Source of the DNA: an uncultured Wenzhouxiangellaceae bacterium
Lineage (GTDB): Bacteria; Pseudomonadota; Gammaproteobacteria; Xanthomonadales; SZUA-36
Direction of reading: 5' to 3'
DNA: 32,000 nt
Assembly (NCBI GenBank): GCA_964470455.1
Contig: CAYYCX010000004.1
Span: forward strand, 65,572 to 97,571
Shown here: piece by piece, positions 1 to 8,290 of the stretch
Layout: each line of letters begins with the position of its first letter
How positions within the stretch are numbered: position 1 is the stretch's first letter
Position numbers and translations under genes: made by a program
The notes under the pieces: model-generated
The model's input: the letters and a program-made list of their open reading frames with translations, nothing else
Told to the model about the DNA's origin: nothing
The model's database searches: none

Positions 1-308
1 TCAGCCCGACGGCCACACTGTTTACTGCCGGCGAGGGGATTGGCGATGGCATGAAAGTGGACAAGCAGGGCAATGTCTATTCCAGCGGCGGCGCCGGCCC
101 CGGCATCATCCGCATTACCGCGAAAGACGGTACCTTTCTCGGCTCGTTGCACCTGCCCATCTACGGCAAGGAACCGAAGAAACAGATCTGCGCCACCAAC
201 CTGGGTTTTGGCGACAACGACGGCAAAGCCCTGTACATCACCGCCTGTGACGCGGTCTACAGAATGCGCCTTGAGGCCGAGGGCATCCTCCCCGGCAAGG
301 CCCCCTGA
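1..308 (+). CDS. SMP-30/gluconolactonase/LRE-family protein, C-terminal fragment (5' end lies outside the window)
   Basis: Frame 3 is open from the window edge (SPTATLFTAGEGIGDG precedes the first Met at 51) to the stop at 306-308. The tail GNVYSSGG...GIIRI...NLGFGDNDGKALYITACDAVYRMRL resembles the last propeller blades of gluconolactonase/SMP-30 proteins. Confidence 0.55.
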   Translation, partial: SPTATLFTAGEGIGDGMKVDKQGNVYSSGGAGPGIIRITAKDGTFLGSLHLPIYGKEPKKQICATNLGFGDNDGKALYITACDAVYRMRLEAEGILPGKAP

Positions 309-359
309 TCCCATTATTCCACCAATTTTCCCACCAGGTATCCGACCGGAGCGTTCCGC

Positions 360-1778
360 ATGAGCAGGAAATACGACATGACCATTGGCGGACAATCTGT
401 CGCCGCCGAACACTACCGTGAAATCCGCAATCCGGCCAGTACCGGCGAGGTGGTTGGCCTGGCGCCGGTGGGCACCATGGAACACCTGGAAGCCGCGGTG
501 GCCGCGGCCACCAAAGCCTTTGCAAGCTGGCGGCACTCCAGCAGCGCGGAGCGCGAAGCGGCCTGCCAGGCCATCGCCAAAGTCATCGGCGACAACGCGG
601 CGGAACTGCAGGAACTGCTCACCCGGGAGCAGGGCAAACCGCTGAAGGGCCTGGGCTCGGAATTTGAAGTGGGCGGCTGCATCGGCTGGACACAGTACAC
701 CGCCGGCCTGGACCTGCCGCCCAGCGTCATCCAGGAGAACGAGCAGGGCAGCATTGTGATGTATCGCGAGCCCGTTGGCGTGGTGGCTTCCATCACGCCG
801 TGGAACTGGCCGCTGCTGATTGCCATCTGGCACGTCGTGCCGGCCATTCGCACCGGCAATACCGTCGTTCTCAAGCCCTCACCGTTCACCCCGCTGTCCA
901 CCCTGCGCATGTTTGAACTGGTTGCGGAGGCATTGCCTTCGGGCCTGATCAATGTGGTGTCTGGCGATGATGCGCTGGGCGCGGCGCTCAGCCAGCATGA
1001 GCGGGTCAGCAAGGTGGTGTTTACCGGCTCCATCGCCACCGGCAAGAAGATCATGGCCAGTGCGGCTGACACCCTCAAGGCCCTGACCCTGGAACTGGGC
1101 GGCAATGATGCGGCCATCGTGCTGGAAGATGCCGATCCGCAAAAAATCGCCGAAGGGCTGTTCTGGGGCGCCATGATCAATTCCGGCCAGACCTGCGGCG
1201 CCATCAAGCGGCTGTATGTGCACGACAGCATCTACGACCAGACCTGCGAGGCTTTGGCCGCATTCGCCAGCCAGATTCCGATGGGCGATGGCATGGATAC
1301 GTCCAGCATCCTCGGGCCGCTGCAGAACGAACGGCAGTTCAGGCGCGTGGTGGAGTTGCTTGAAAATGCGAAGGCCAACGGTGGCCGCGTTGTCTGCGGC
1401 GGCGAGGTGCCGGGTGGCAACAACTATTTCGTTCCGGTCACCCTGGTGGCCGATATCGCGGACGGCAGCCGGCTGGTGGACGAAGAGCAGTTCGGCCCGG
1501 TGCTGCCGGTCATCCGTTACACGGACCTGGATGAGGCCATTGCTCATGCCAATGGGCTGGATTTCGGCCTTGGCGCTTCCGTGTGGGGGTCTGACCCGGA
1601 AAAAACCAGGGCGGTTGCCGCCCGGCTGGAAGCCGGAACCGTGTACATCAACAAGCATGCCGAAATCGCGCCGCATGTGCCGTTCGGCGGCATCAAGTGT
1701 TCGGGCATCGGCGTGGAATTCGGGCTGGAAGGCCTGGCGGCCTATACCAACATCAAGATCGTCAACGCGGCTGCCTGA
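360..1778 (+). CDS. NAD(P)+-dependent aldehyde dehydrogenase family protein
   Basis: 472 aa. ALDH hallmarks are present: LTLELGGNDAAIV (catalytic Glu region), NSGQTCGAIKRLYV (catalytic Cys), FTGSIATGKKI (cofactor binding) and EEQFGPVLPV. Confidence 0.9.
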   Translation: MSRKYDMTIGGQSVAAEHYREIRNPASTGEVVGLAPVGTMEHLEAAVAAATKAFASWRHSSSAEREAACQAIAKVIGDNAAELQELLTREQGKPLKGLGSEFEVGGCIGWTQYTAGLDLPPSVIQENEQGSIVMYREPVGVVASITPWNWPLLIAIWHVVPAIRTGNTVVLKPSPFTPLSTLRMFELVAEALPSGLINVVSGDDALGAALSQHERVSKVVFTGSIATGKKIMASAADTLKALTLELGGNDAAIVLEDADPQKIAEGLFWGAMINSGQTCGAIKRLYVHDSIYDQTCEALAAFASQIPMGDGMDTSSILGPLQNERQFRRVVELLENAKANGGRVVCGGEVPGGNNYFVPVTLVADIADGSRLVDEEQFGPVLPVIRYTDLDEAIAHANGLDFGLGASVWGSDPEKTRAVAARLEAGTVYINKHAEIAPHVPFGGIKCSGIGVEFGLEGLAAYTNIKIVNAAA

Positions 1779-1843
1779 AAAGACCATCGCCACAGGCCAT
1801 TGTCACAGGCCATTGCCGGGGCGGGCGAACCGCCCGGCGGGAA

Positions 1844-2299
1844 CTACACCGAGCCGTAAAAGTCCGCCAACAGTCGGTACAGCTCCTCCATGCGGGCTGA
1901 ACCGAAGGATTTCTCCATCCTGGCGTAAACGGCTTCGGCCGCCGGAGCCACCTTGACGAACAAAGCTTCGCCCTTGGGCGATAGTTGCAGCAACACGCGG
2001 CGCTGGTCACTCTCGTGTGTCAGGCGTTTCACCAGGCGCTCGCCTTCCAGGAATTGCAGGATACGTGAGAGGCTGGGCGCCAGCAGGATGCTGCGCCTGG
2101 CCAGTTCACTGGCCTCCAGCTGGCCGTAAGCCGCCAGCACCCGAATCACGCGCCACTGCTGTTCGGTCAGGCCGAATTCCCGCAACATGGGCTTGAAGTG
2201 GGACATGGCCGATTCACGGGCCTTCAGCAATTCCATCGGCAGCGAGCGTTCCAGCGAACGCAGCTTTACCGATGATACTTTGCCGGCTTTTGAACTCAT
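1844..2299 (-). CDS. hpaR: MarR-family transcriptional regulator, HpaR-like (homoprotocatechuate operon repressor type)
   Basis: 151 aa. LLKARESAMSHFKPMLREFGLTEQQWRVIRVL closely follows the E. coli HpaR N-terminal pattern as I recall it (LLQAREAAMSYFRP...LTEQQWRIVRIL). The start overlaps the stop of the upstream FAH gene by 4 nt. The gene sits within an hpa-type cluster. Confidence 0.75.
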   Translation of the reverse strand: MSSKAGKVSSVKLRSLERSLPMELLKARESAMSHFKPMLREFGLTEQQWRVIRVLAAYGQLEASELARRSILLAPSLSRILQFLEGERLVKRLTHESDQRRVLLQLSPKGEALFVKVAPAAEAVYARMEKSFGSARMEELYRLLADFYGSV

Positions 2300-3156
2300 G
2301 CAAACTCGTTGGCAACGGTGTTGCGCAGGATGCCGATTTCCGCAACCTCCACTTCCACCACGTCTCCCTGGCGGAGGTATTTCGGCGGATTGAAACGCGC
2401 ACCCGCCCCGTTCGGCGTGCCGGTGGCGATGATGTCGCCCGGCTTCAGCCGGCAGAACGTGGAAACATAGCTGACCAGGTAATCGAAAGGAAACATCAGG
2501 TTGGCCGTGGTGTCATTCTGCCGTTCTTCACCATTCACGCGTGTCACCAGGCGCAGCTCGCTCATCGGGTCCAGTTCATCCGAGCTTACCATGTGCGGGC
2601 CCAAAGCACCCGAGCGCTCAAAATTCTTGCCCTGGGTGACGTTGAATTTGGAATGGCGCAGCCAGTCACGCACTGAACCCTCGTTCATCAGCGTCAGGCC
2701 AACCACATGCTGCATCGCCTGATCACGCGGAATGCGCCGGCCTTCCCTGCCGATGACCAGGACGATTTCACCCTCGTAATCCAGCTGCTCGGATTCGGGC
2801 GGACGCATCAGGGTTTGCTGGTGCCCCACCAGCGATTCACGCGTGCGCATGAACACGCTGGGATACTGCGGCAGGTCCGAACCATCCTGGTACTCGGCAT
2901 TGCGGTTGGCATAGTTCACGCCGATGCAGATGATTTTTTCCGGGTTTGGAATGGTGGGCAGGAATTCCACCTCGCCAACGGCAAAATCCGCATCGCTGCC
3001 GTCCGCTTCACGCCCGAGAGCCTCCAGTCGATGTTGCCGCAATACCTCCCGCAGGTCCGGCAGGTCCGGATGACGCGCTCCAAGATCAACGATACCTTTT
3101 TCGGTCAAGGCACCGTAGCTGTCCTTGCCTGCATGGCTGAAACTCAGGAATTTCAT
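2296..3156 (-). CDS. Fumarylacetoacetate hydrolase (FAH) family protein (hydratase/decarboxylase/isomerase of a meta-cleavage pathway)
   Basis: 286 aa. The C-terminal half (EGEIVLVIGR...GLTLMNEGSVRDWQ-like...PGDIIATGTPNGAG) follows the FAH-domain pattern. It is translationally coupled to hpaR-like and lies 2 nt after the DHDPS-like gene. Confidence 0.8.
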   Translation of the reverse strand: MKFLSFSHAGKDSYGALTEKGIVDLGARHPDLPDLREVLRQHRLEALGREADGSDADFAVGEVEFLPTIPNPEKIICIGVNYANRNAEYQDGSDLPQYPSVFMRTRESLVGHQQTLMRPPESEQLDYEGEIVLVIGREGRRIPRDQAMQHVVGLTLMNEGSVRDWLRHSKFNVTQGKNFERSGALGPHMVSSDELDPMSELRLVTRVNGEERQNDTTANLMFPFDYLVSYVSTFCRLKPGDIIATGTPNGAGARFNPPKYLRQGDVVEVEVAEIGILRNTVANEFA

Positions 3157-3158
3157 GG

Positions 3159-4070
3159 TCAGCTCCCGGCCTCGATCAATCCGGCCCGTTCCAGCACGCC
3201 GTCGAGGCGTTTCTCCAGTTCGGCTGTGGCCGGCATCATCGGCAGCCGGTGTTCATTGGCCGGCAGTATGCCCATGCGCTTCATCATGTACTTGATGGGA
3301 ATCGGGTTGGTGTCGAAAAACACCGACTTGTTCAGCTCCAGCAGGCTCTGGTGCAAGCCCCGGCCGGTTTCGAGGTCATTGTTCCACACCGCTTCGCACA
3401 TGCGCACCAGGATGTTCGGCGAAAGATTGCCCACAGCATTCATCAATCCGCAGGCGCCCACGGCCATCATCGGGAAGGACAACTCCTCAAGGCCGACAAA
3501 TATCCTGAAGTCATCACCCAGCGCCTCGAAACATTCGCTGACAAATCCCAGGTCATTCACCGCATGCTTCATGCCGACGAAGTTGGGTGATCGCTGTTGC
3601 AGCTCCCGCAGGGTTTCCACGGTCACACTGACCGCGGTGCGGCCGGGAATGTGGTACACCATCCAGGGAATGTCCACGTCGCGCGTTGCCGACAGGTAAT
3701 ACTCCACCAGCCCGCGTTGCGGCGGACGGATGTAGTACGGCGTGACGATCAGCAGGGCATCAGCGCCGGCTTTCACCGCATGTTCGGTCAGCGCGGTGGT
3801 TTCCGCCAGTGATTGCGAACCGGTGGCGGCCACCACCGGAATCTGGCCTTTCACCGTTGCCACCGCCAAGTCCACCAGCCGGTTGCGTTCTTCGGTAGTG
3901 AGCGTGGAAGGTTCCGACGATGTGCCGTTCACCAGGATGCCGTGAGTGCCTTCCTTCAGCTGGAACTCCAGCAGGCCGGCATAGGCCTCGTAATCCACTT
4001 CGCCGTTGCGGAATGGTGTGATGATGGGGGGTATGGATCCGCGCAAAACCTTCGAACCGGAAGTACTCAC
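3159..4070 (-). CDS. Dihydrodipicolinate synthase/N-acetylneuraminate lyase family protein (class I aldolase/lyase)
   Basis: GSIPPIITPFRNGEVDYEAY...GILVNGTSSEPSTLTTEER...VVAATG...YYIRP follows the DapA/NAL family pattern. I prefer the GTG start at 4070, which is preceded by AAGGAG with 5-nt spacing. The ORF track's upstream ATG at 4139 has no comparable RBS. Confidence 0.8.
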   Translation of the reverse strand: MSTSGSKVLRGSIPPIITPFRNGEVDYEAYAGLLEFQLKEGTHGILVNGTSSEPSTLTTEERNRLVDLAVATVKGQIPVVAATGSQSLAETTALTEHAVKAGADALLIVTPYYIRPPQRGLVEYYLSATRDVDIPWMVYHIPGRTAVSVTVETLRELQQRSPNFVGMKHAVNDLGFVSECFEALGDDFRIFVGLEELSFPMMAVGACGLMNAVGNLSPNILVRMCEAVWNNDLETGRGLHQSLLELNKSVFFDTNPIPIKYMMKRMGILPANEHRLPMMPATAELEKRLDGVLERAGLIEAGS

Positions 4071-4095
4071 TGTTGCTCCTTCTGTTCCCTTTCGG

Positions 4096-4144
4096 GTGAA
4101 TTCACTTGACCAAACACTGGCCGAAAGTATAATTAACATGTTAA
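4096..4144 (+). promoter_or_regulatory. Sigma70-like promoter of the plus-strand hpa operon, flanked by two palindromic operator candidates
   Basis: TTGACC (4106-4111), a 16-nt spacer, then TATAAT (4128-4133), about 42 nt upstream of the GTG at 4176. The 10-bp palindrome GTGAATTCAC (4096-4105) abuts the -35. The 12-bp perfect palindrome TTAACATGTTAA (4133-4144) abuts the -10 and the likely +1. Confidence 0.45.
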
Positions 4145-4175
4145 CTTAGTTCAAGACGAACCGCGGAGTACAGCC

Positions 4176-4589
4176 GTGCCACACCAGATTGTTGAGTATT
4201 CATCCAACCTGGAATCCCAGGTCGATATCGGGGCCATGATCAGGCTGCTGCATGAAACCGTGGCCGGAATCGATGCGTTCCCGCGGGCGGCTTTACGCAC
4301 CCGCGTGGCGCGCCGCGACCAGTACTGCATTGCCGACCATCATCCCGACAATGCCTTCGTCCATGTGCTGCTGCGCATCGCCTCTGGCCGCAGCCCGGAA
4401 GTGAAGAAGGCCGCCGGCGACCAGATTTTCCGGGTGTTGTGCGACTACCTGGCGCCGGTGCAGGCAAGCACACCGCTGGGCATCTCCTTTGAGATACAGG
4501 AAATCGACCCGGTTTTCCGCTGGAAGAAGAACAACCTGCCCGCCTGGCTGGAAATGCGTGCCGCTGCGGGTGAGCCGACAGCATCCTGA
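4176..4589 (+). CDS. hpaF: 5-carboxymethyl-2-hydroxymuconate isomerase
   Basis: 137 aa. The N-terminus MPHQIVEYSSNLE matches the MPH-x-I-V-E-x-S-x-N start of CHM isomerases (Pro-1 tautomerase-like). GTG start with GGAG 8 nt upstream. Confidence 0.8.
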   Translation: MPHQIVEYSSNLESQVDIGAMIRLLHETVAGIDAFPRAALRTRVARRDQYCIADHHPDNAFVHVLLRIASGRSPEVKKAAGDQIFRVLCDYLAPVQASTPLGISFEIQEIDPVFRWKKNNLPAWLEMRAAAGEPTAS

Positions 4590-4640
4590 TGAACCCATAC
4601 GATGATAACCAGCCATGAAGCCCAACAATGAAGACCCATC

Positions 4641-6170
4641 ATGAGTGACCTGAAGCAGAATCTCGAGAAAGCCGAACAATTGTTGCGCCCGTTTCGCGAC
4701 GCGCCCTTGCAGCACTTCATCAACGGACAGCGCACGCCGGGCAGTTCAGGGCAGCTGTTCGAGGTGGCCACGCCGATCGACAACTCAGTCATCGGCAAAG
4801 TGCACTCCGGCAGCGCCGCCGATATCGATGCCGCCTGCGCCGCCGCGACCGAAGCCTTTGCAGCCTGGCGCGACCTTCCGGGAACCGAACGCAAGAAGCT
4901 GCTGCACCGGATTGCCGATGCCATTGTGAAACGGGCTGACGATATCGCCGTGGTTGAAAGTTACGATACCGGGCAACCAATCCGCTTCATGAGCAAAGCG
5001 GCCATCCGCGGCGCCGAGAACTTCCGCTTCTTTGCCGACCTCGCGCCCGATGCCCGAAACGGCCTGGCCCTGCCGGCGGATGAACACCTCAATTTCACCT
5101 CGCGCAAACCCATTGGCCCGGTAGGTGTGATCACGCCCTGGAATACGCCATTCATGTTATCCACCTGGAAAATCGCCCCGGCACTGGCAGCGGGCTGCAC
5201 GGTGGTGCACAAGCCGGCTGAATGGTCGCCTTACAGCGCCATGCTGCTGGCGGAGATTGCCCATGAAGCCGGCTTGCCCGATGGCGTGCTCAATTGCGTG
5301 CAGGGTATCGGCGAAACGGCCGGCCGCGCGCTGACCGAGCATCCGGCCATCAAGGCGGTGGCCTTCGTGGGCGAATCCAGCACCGGCAGCCACATCATGC
5401 GCCAGGGCGCAGACACCCTGAAGCGGGTGCATTTTGAACTGGGCGGGAAAAACCCGGTGATCGTGTTCGACGATGCCGACCTGGAGCGGGCTCTCGATGC
5501 CGTTGTGTTCATGATCTACAGCCTCAATGGCGAGCGCTGCACCTCCTCCAGCCGGCTGCTGATCCAGGAAAGCATCCGCGAAGAATTCACCGCAAAGCTT
5601 GTTCAGCGCATTGCCAGGCTCAAGGTCGGCCATCCGCTGGACCCGGGCACTGAAATCGGCCCGTTGATTCATCCGCGCCACCTGGAAAAGGTCTGCAGTT
5701 ACTTCCGCATTGCCGAACAGGATGGCGCAACCATCGCTGCCGGCGGCAAGCCCAAGGAAGGCCCGGGCAATTTTGTTGAACCCACCCTGTTCACATCCGC
5801 CAGCCCGCATATGCGTATTGCCCAGGAAGAAATTTTCGGCCCGGTTTTGACCGCCATTCCCTTCCACGATGAAGCCGAAGCCGTGCGAATCGCAAATGAT
5901 TCCGCTTACGGCCTGGCCGCCTATCTGTGGACCCGGGATGGTGAACGCGGTTTGCGGATTGCCGACAGGCTGGAAGCGGGCATGATCTGGGTGAACTCCG
6001 AAAACAACCGTCACCTGCCTTCACCGTTCGGCGGCATGAAAGCCAGCGGCATCGGCCGCGATGGCGGCGACTACAGCTTTGACTTCTACATGGAAACCAA
6101 GAATGTCTGCCTCGCCATGGGCACCCACCGGATTCCGGGCCTGGGCAAATCGGACTCGAGCAAAAAATGA
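4641..6170 (+). CDS. hpaE: 5-carboxymethyl-2-hydroxymuconate semialdehyde dehydrogenase-type aldehyde dehydrogenase
   Basis: 509 aa ALDH. Motifs are FELGGKNPVIVF and SLNGERCTSSSRLL (the NGERCT catalytic Cys motif typical of HpaE-type enzymes). It lies directly after the CHM isomerase gene. Confidence 0.8.
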   Translation: MSDLKQNLEKAEQLLRPFRDAPLQHFINGQRTPGSSGQLFEVATPIDNSVIGKVHSGSAADIDAACAAATEAFAAWRDLPGTERKKLLHRIADAIVKRADDIAVVESYDTGQPIRFMSKAAIRGAENFRFFADLAPDARNGLALPADEHLNFTSRKPIGPVGVITPWNTPFMLSTWKIAPALAAGCTVVHKPAEWSPYSAMLLAEIAHEAGLPDGVLNCVQGIGETAGRALTEHPAIKAVAFVGESSTGSHIMRQGADTLKRVHFELGGKNPVIVFDDADLERALDAVVFMIYSLNGERCTSSSRLLIQESIREEFTAKLVQRIARLKVGHPLDPGTEIGPLIHPRHLEKVCSYFRIAEQDGATIAAGGKPKEGPGNFVEPTLFTSASPHMRIAQEEIFGPVLTAIPFHDEAEAVRIANDSAYGLAAYLWTRDGERGLRIADRLEAGMIWVNSENNRHLPSPFGGMKASGIGRDGGDYSFDFYMETKNVCLAMGTHRIPGLGKSDSSKK

Positions 6171-6502
6171 GCCTCTACAACCTGCAGAAATTCCTGTACG
6201 TGCTGAACCGCGACGAGGCAGCGCAGCAAGCGTTTCGTGACGACCCGGCCAGCCAGCTGGACCAGTACGACCTGACGCCGGAAGAGCGCGGCGCGCTGGA
6301 ACAGGGCGACATCGGCCTGTTGTACGTGCTGGGCGTGAACGGGCAGATCCTGATGCATTTCGCCGCCTTTCTCGGCATTGCCTGGTTCGACTACCTGGAG
6401 CTGATGCGCAAGGGCATCGAGAAATACGGACCGGTGCGGGCCGGCATCTATGCCATGACGGGCGCCGGTAAAAGCTTCGCAGAAGAGGACGTACGCAAAT
6501 GA
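6167..6502 (+). CDS. LigA-like small (alpha) subunit of a class III extradiol dioxygenase
   Basis: 111 aa. LQKFLYVLNRDEAAQQAFRDDPASQLDQYDLTPEERGALEQGDIGLLYVLGVNGQIL follows the LigA-domain pattern (protocatechuate 4,5-dioxygenase alpha chain). ATGA overlaps occur with both the upstream and downstream genes. Confidence 0.7.
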   Translation: MSLYNLQKFLYVLNRDEAAQQAFRDDPASQLDQYDLTPEERGALEQGDIGLLYVLGVNGQILMHFAAFLGIAWFDYLELMRKGIEKYGPVRAGIYAMTGAGKSFAEEDVRK

Positions 6503-7335
6503 GTCTGGTTTACGCAGGCGTGCTGAGCCACGCGCCGGGAATTACCGGCCGCGCCAGCCTTGTGAAAAACACTGAAAAGCGCGACGAGTTCTATGCCGCG
6601 CTGGACCGTCAAAGGCAGGAGATTGAAGCCTGCGGCGCCGAGGCACTGGTGGTGATGGCAGCCGAACACTTTGCCAATTTCTTCATGAACAACATGCCCG
6701 CCTACTGCATCGGCATGGCCGAGTACTACGAAGGCCCTATCGAAGACCCGAAGTGGCTGGGCATTGAACGGCGCAGGATTCCGGGCGCGCCCGACCTCAG
6801 CCGCCGCCTGGCAGTGGAGATCATGCAAACCGTCGACGTGGCCTATTCGGAAGAGTGGAAGTTCGACCACGGCATCATGATCCCGCTGAATTTCCTCACG
6901 CCGCGCTATGACCTGCCCATCATTCCGGTGAACATCAACTGCCAGGGCCCGCCGCTGACACCGTTGCATCGCGCCTGGGCTTTTGGCGAGGCCATCCGCC
7001 GCGCCTGTGATTCAGTGCCGGAAAAAATCGCCGTGGTCGGAACCGGTGGCATTTCGCATTGGCCGGCTACGCCCGATTCCGGCAAGATCAATGAACCCTG
7101 GGACCGCGAATTTCTTCGCCAGTTGATGAGCCAGGACCGCGAAGCGTTGCTCAGTTACGACGATGTGCAAACCTATGCCGATGCCGGCCAGGGCGGTTTT
7201 GAAATCCGCACCTACATTGCCGCTGCGGCGGCCGCGGGTGGCAAAGGCGACCTGCAGTTCTACACCGCCGAGCTGCCGATTTTCGCGGTGGGCTGCACGG
7301 TGGCCCGGTTTGATATTGCTGCCGCCGAAAGTTGA
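6499..7335 (+). CDS. Class III (LigB-type) extradiol ring-cleavage dioxygenase, catalytic subunit (HpaD/HpcB-like or LigB-like)
   Basis: 278 aa. The N-terminus YAGVLSHAPGI and the internal GTGGISHW are typical of the LigB superfamily. It is translationally coupled to the LigA-like gene. Confidence 0.8.
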   Translation: MSLVYAGVLSHAPGITGRASLVKNTEKRDEFYAALDRQRQEIEACGAEALVVMAAEHFANFFMNNMPAYCIGMAEYYEGPIEDPKWLGIERRRIPGAPDLSRRLAVEIMQTVDVAYSEEWKFDHGIMIPLNFLTPRYDLPIIPVNINCQGPPLTPLHRAWAFGEAIRRACDSVPEKIAVVGTGGISHWPATPDSGKINEPWDREFLRQLMSQDREALLSYDDVQTYADAGQGGFEIRTYIAAAAAAGGKGDLQFYTAELPIFAVGCTVARFDIAAAES

Positions 7336-7344
7336 AAATGGGCC

Positions 7345-8268
7345 GTGATGAACCCAGCTGACTCCCACCCTGCCGCAACAGCCGATACCAGACAGCGGGT
7401 GATGGACTTCATGCGGTCCTTCACCATGGAAGTGACGCCCGCAGGCGCAAAGCGCATTCATGATTTCAGGGAACACATCGCGGAAGGCACCTGGGTGTAT
7501 GTCACTGCATTGAGCGGCAGCGATTTCAACGAGACGGTTGAGGCCTGCAAAAAGCTGGCTGATCAAGGCATGACACCGGTGCCGCATTTCACTGCCCGCA
7601 GCATGGCCAGCGCCCGGGCGCTGGACGATCATCTCCAACGGGTAACCTCGGAGGCCGGCGTGACACGCGTGCTGGCGATTGCCGGCGCCGACAGCAAGCC
7701 GGCGGGGCCGTTTGCGGACACGCTGTCGATGCTGGAAACGGGGCTGTTTGGAAAGCATGGCATCCGTTCCATCGGGCTGGCCGCCCATCCGGAAGACCCG
7801 CCCGTTGATGACCGTTCGGTAATCCGCGAACACGCCGACCGCAAAATCGAGTTCGCCGGCAAAACCGGCATCGAGATTTACTTCGTCACCCAGTTTGTGT
7901 TCGAAGCCAGGCCCATTTTCGACTTCGTGGCGCGCATTCGGTCGCTGGGCAACGACCGGCCTCTGGTACTTGGCCTGCCCGGCCTTGCAACCCTGCAATC
8001 CCTGATCAAACACGCCACCGCCTGTGGCGTGGGTCCGTCCATGCAGTTCCTGACCGGGCGCGCGCGGGATTTACGCAAGCTGCTGAGCGTGCAAGCCCCC
8101 GACAAACTGGTCATCGACCTGGCCAACTACGTGGCCGAACACCCCGAGAGCCGCATCAGCGGCGTGCACATTTTCCCGCTGGGAGGCTTCGAGAAAAGCG
8201 CCGCCTGGGCCAATGCCGTGGTGGCGGGGGAGTTTGAGTTTGTGAAAGGCGGCTTTGCGGTTAGCTAG
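7345..8268 (+). CDS. Methylenetetrahydrofolate reductase (MetF/MTHFR) family protein
   Basis: 307 aa. The pattern parallels MetF: PHFTARS, VLAIAGAD, AAHPE, VTQFVFE, GLPGL. The start is GTG 7345 or ATG 7348. Confidence 0.75.
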   Translation: MMNPADSHPAATADTRQRVMDFMRSFTMEVTPAGAKRIHDFREHIAEGTWVYVTALSGSDFNETVEACKKLADQGMTPVPHFTARSMASARALDDHLQRVTSEAGVTRVLAIAGADSKPAGPFADTLSMLETGLFGKHGIRSIGLAAHPEDPPVDDRSVIREHADRKIEFAGKTGIEIYFVTQFVFEARPIFDFVARIRSLGNDRPLVLGLPGLATLQSLIKHATACGVGPSMQFLTGRARDLRKLLSVQAPDKLVIDLANYVAEHPESRISGVHIFPLGGFEKSAAWANAVVAGEFEFVKGGFAVS

Positions 8269-8290
8269 GCCATCCCCAAACCACCGGTTC

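Noticed and set aside
879-1793. A 304-aa minus-strand ORF. Similar long antisense ORFs occur at 413-1231, 2707-3699, 5157-6014, 7012-8013, 24948-25994, 26085-26702 and 26837-27685.
   Set aside because: Each lies opposite a gene with clear family motifs (ALDHs, DHDPS-like, MTHFR-like, glycosyltransferases). Their products are Arg/Gly/Ala/His-rich with no recognisable domains. They are GC-driven shadow frames.
1811-1840. A GC-rich short hairpin (CGGGCG-AAC-CGCCCG) and a CAGGCCATTG direct duplication between the convergent ALDH and hpaR-like genes, considered as a terminator.
   Set aside because: The stem is only 6 bp with a 3-nt loop, and no U-run is present on either strand. That is insufficient to call an intrinsic terminator.
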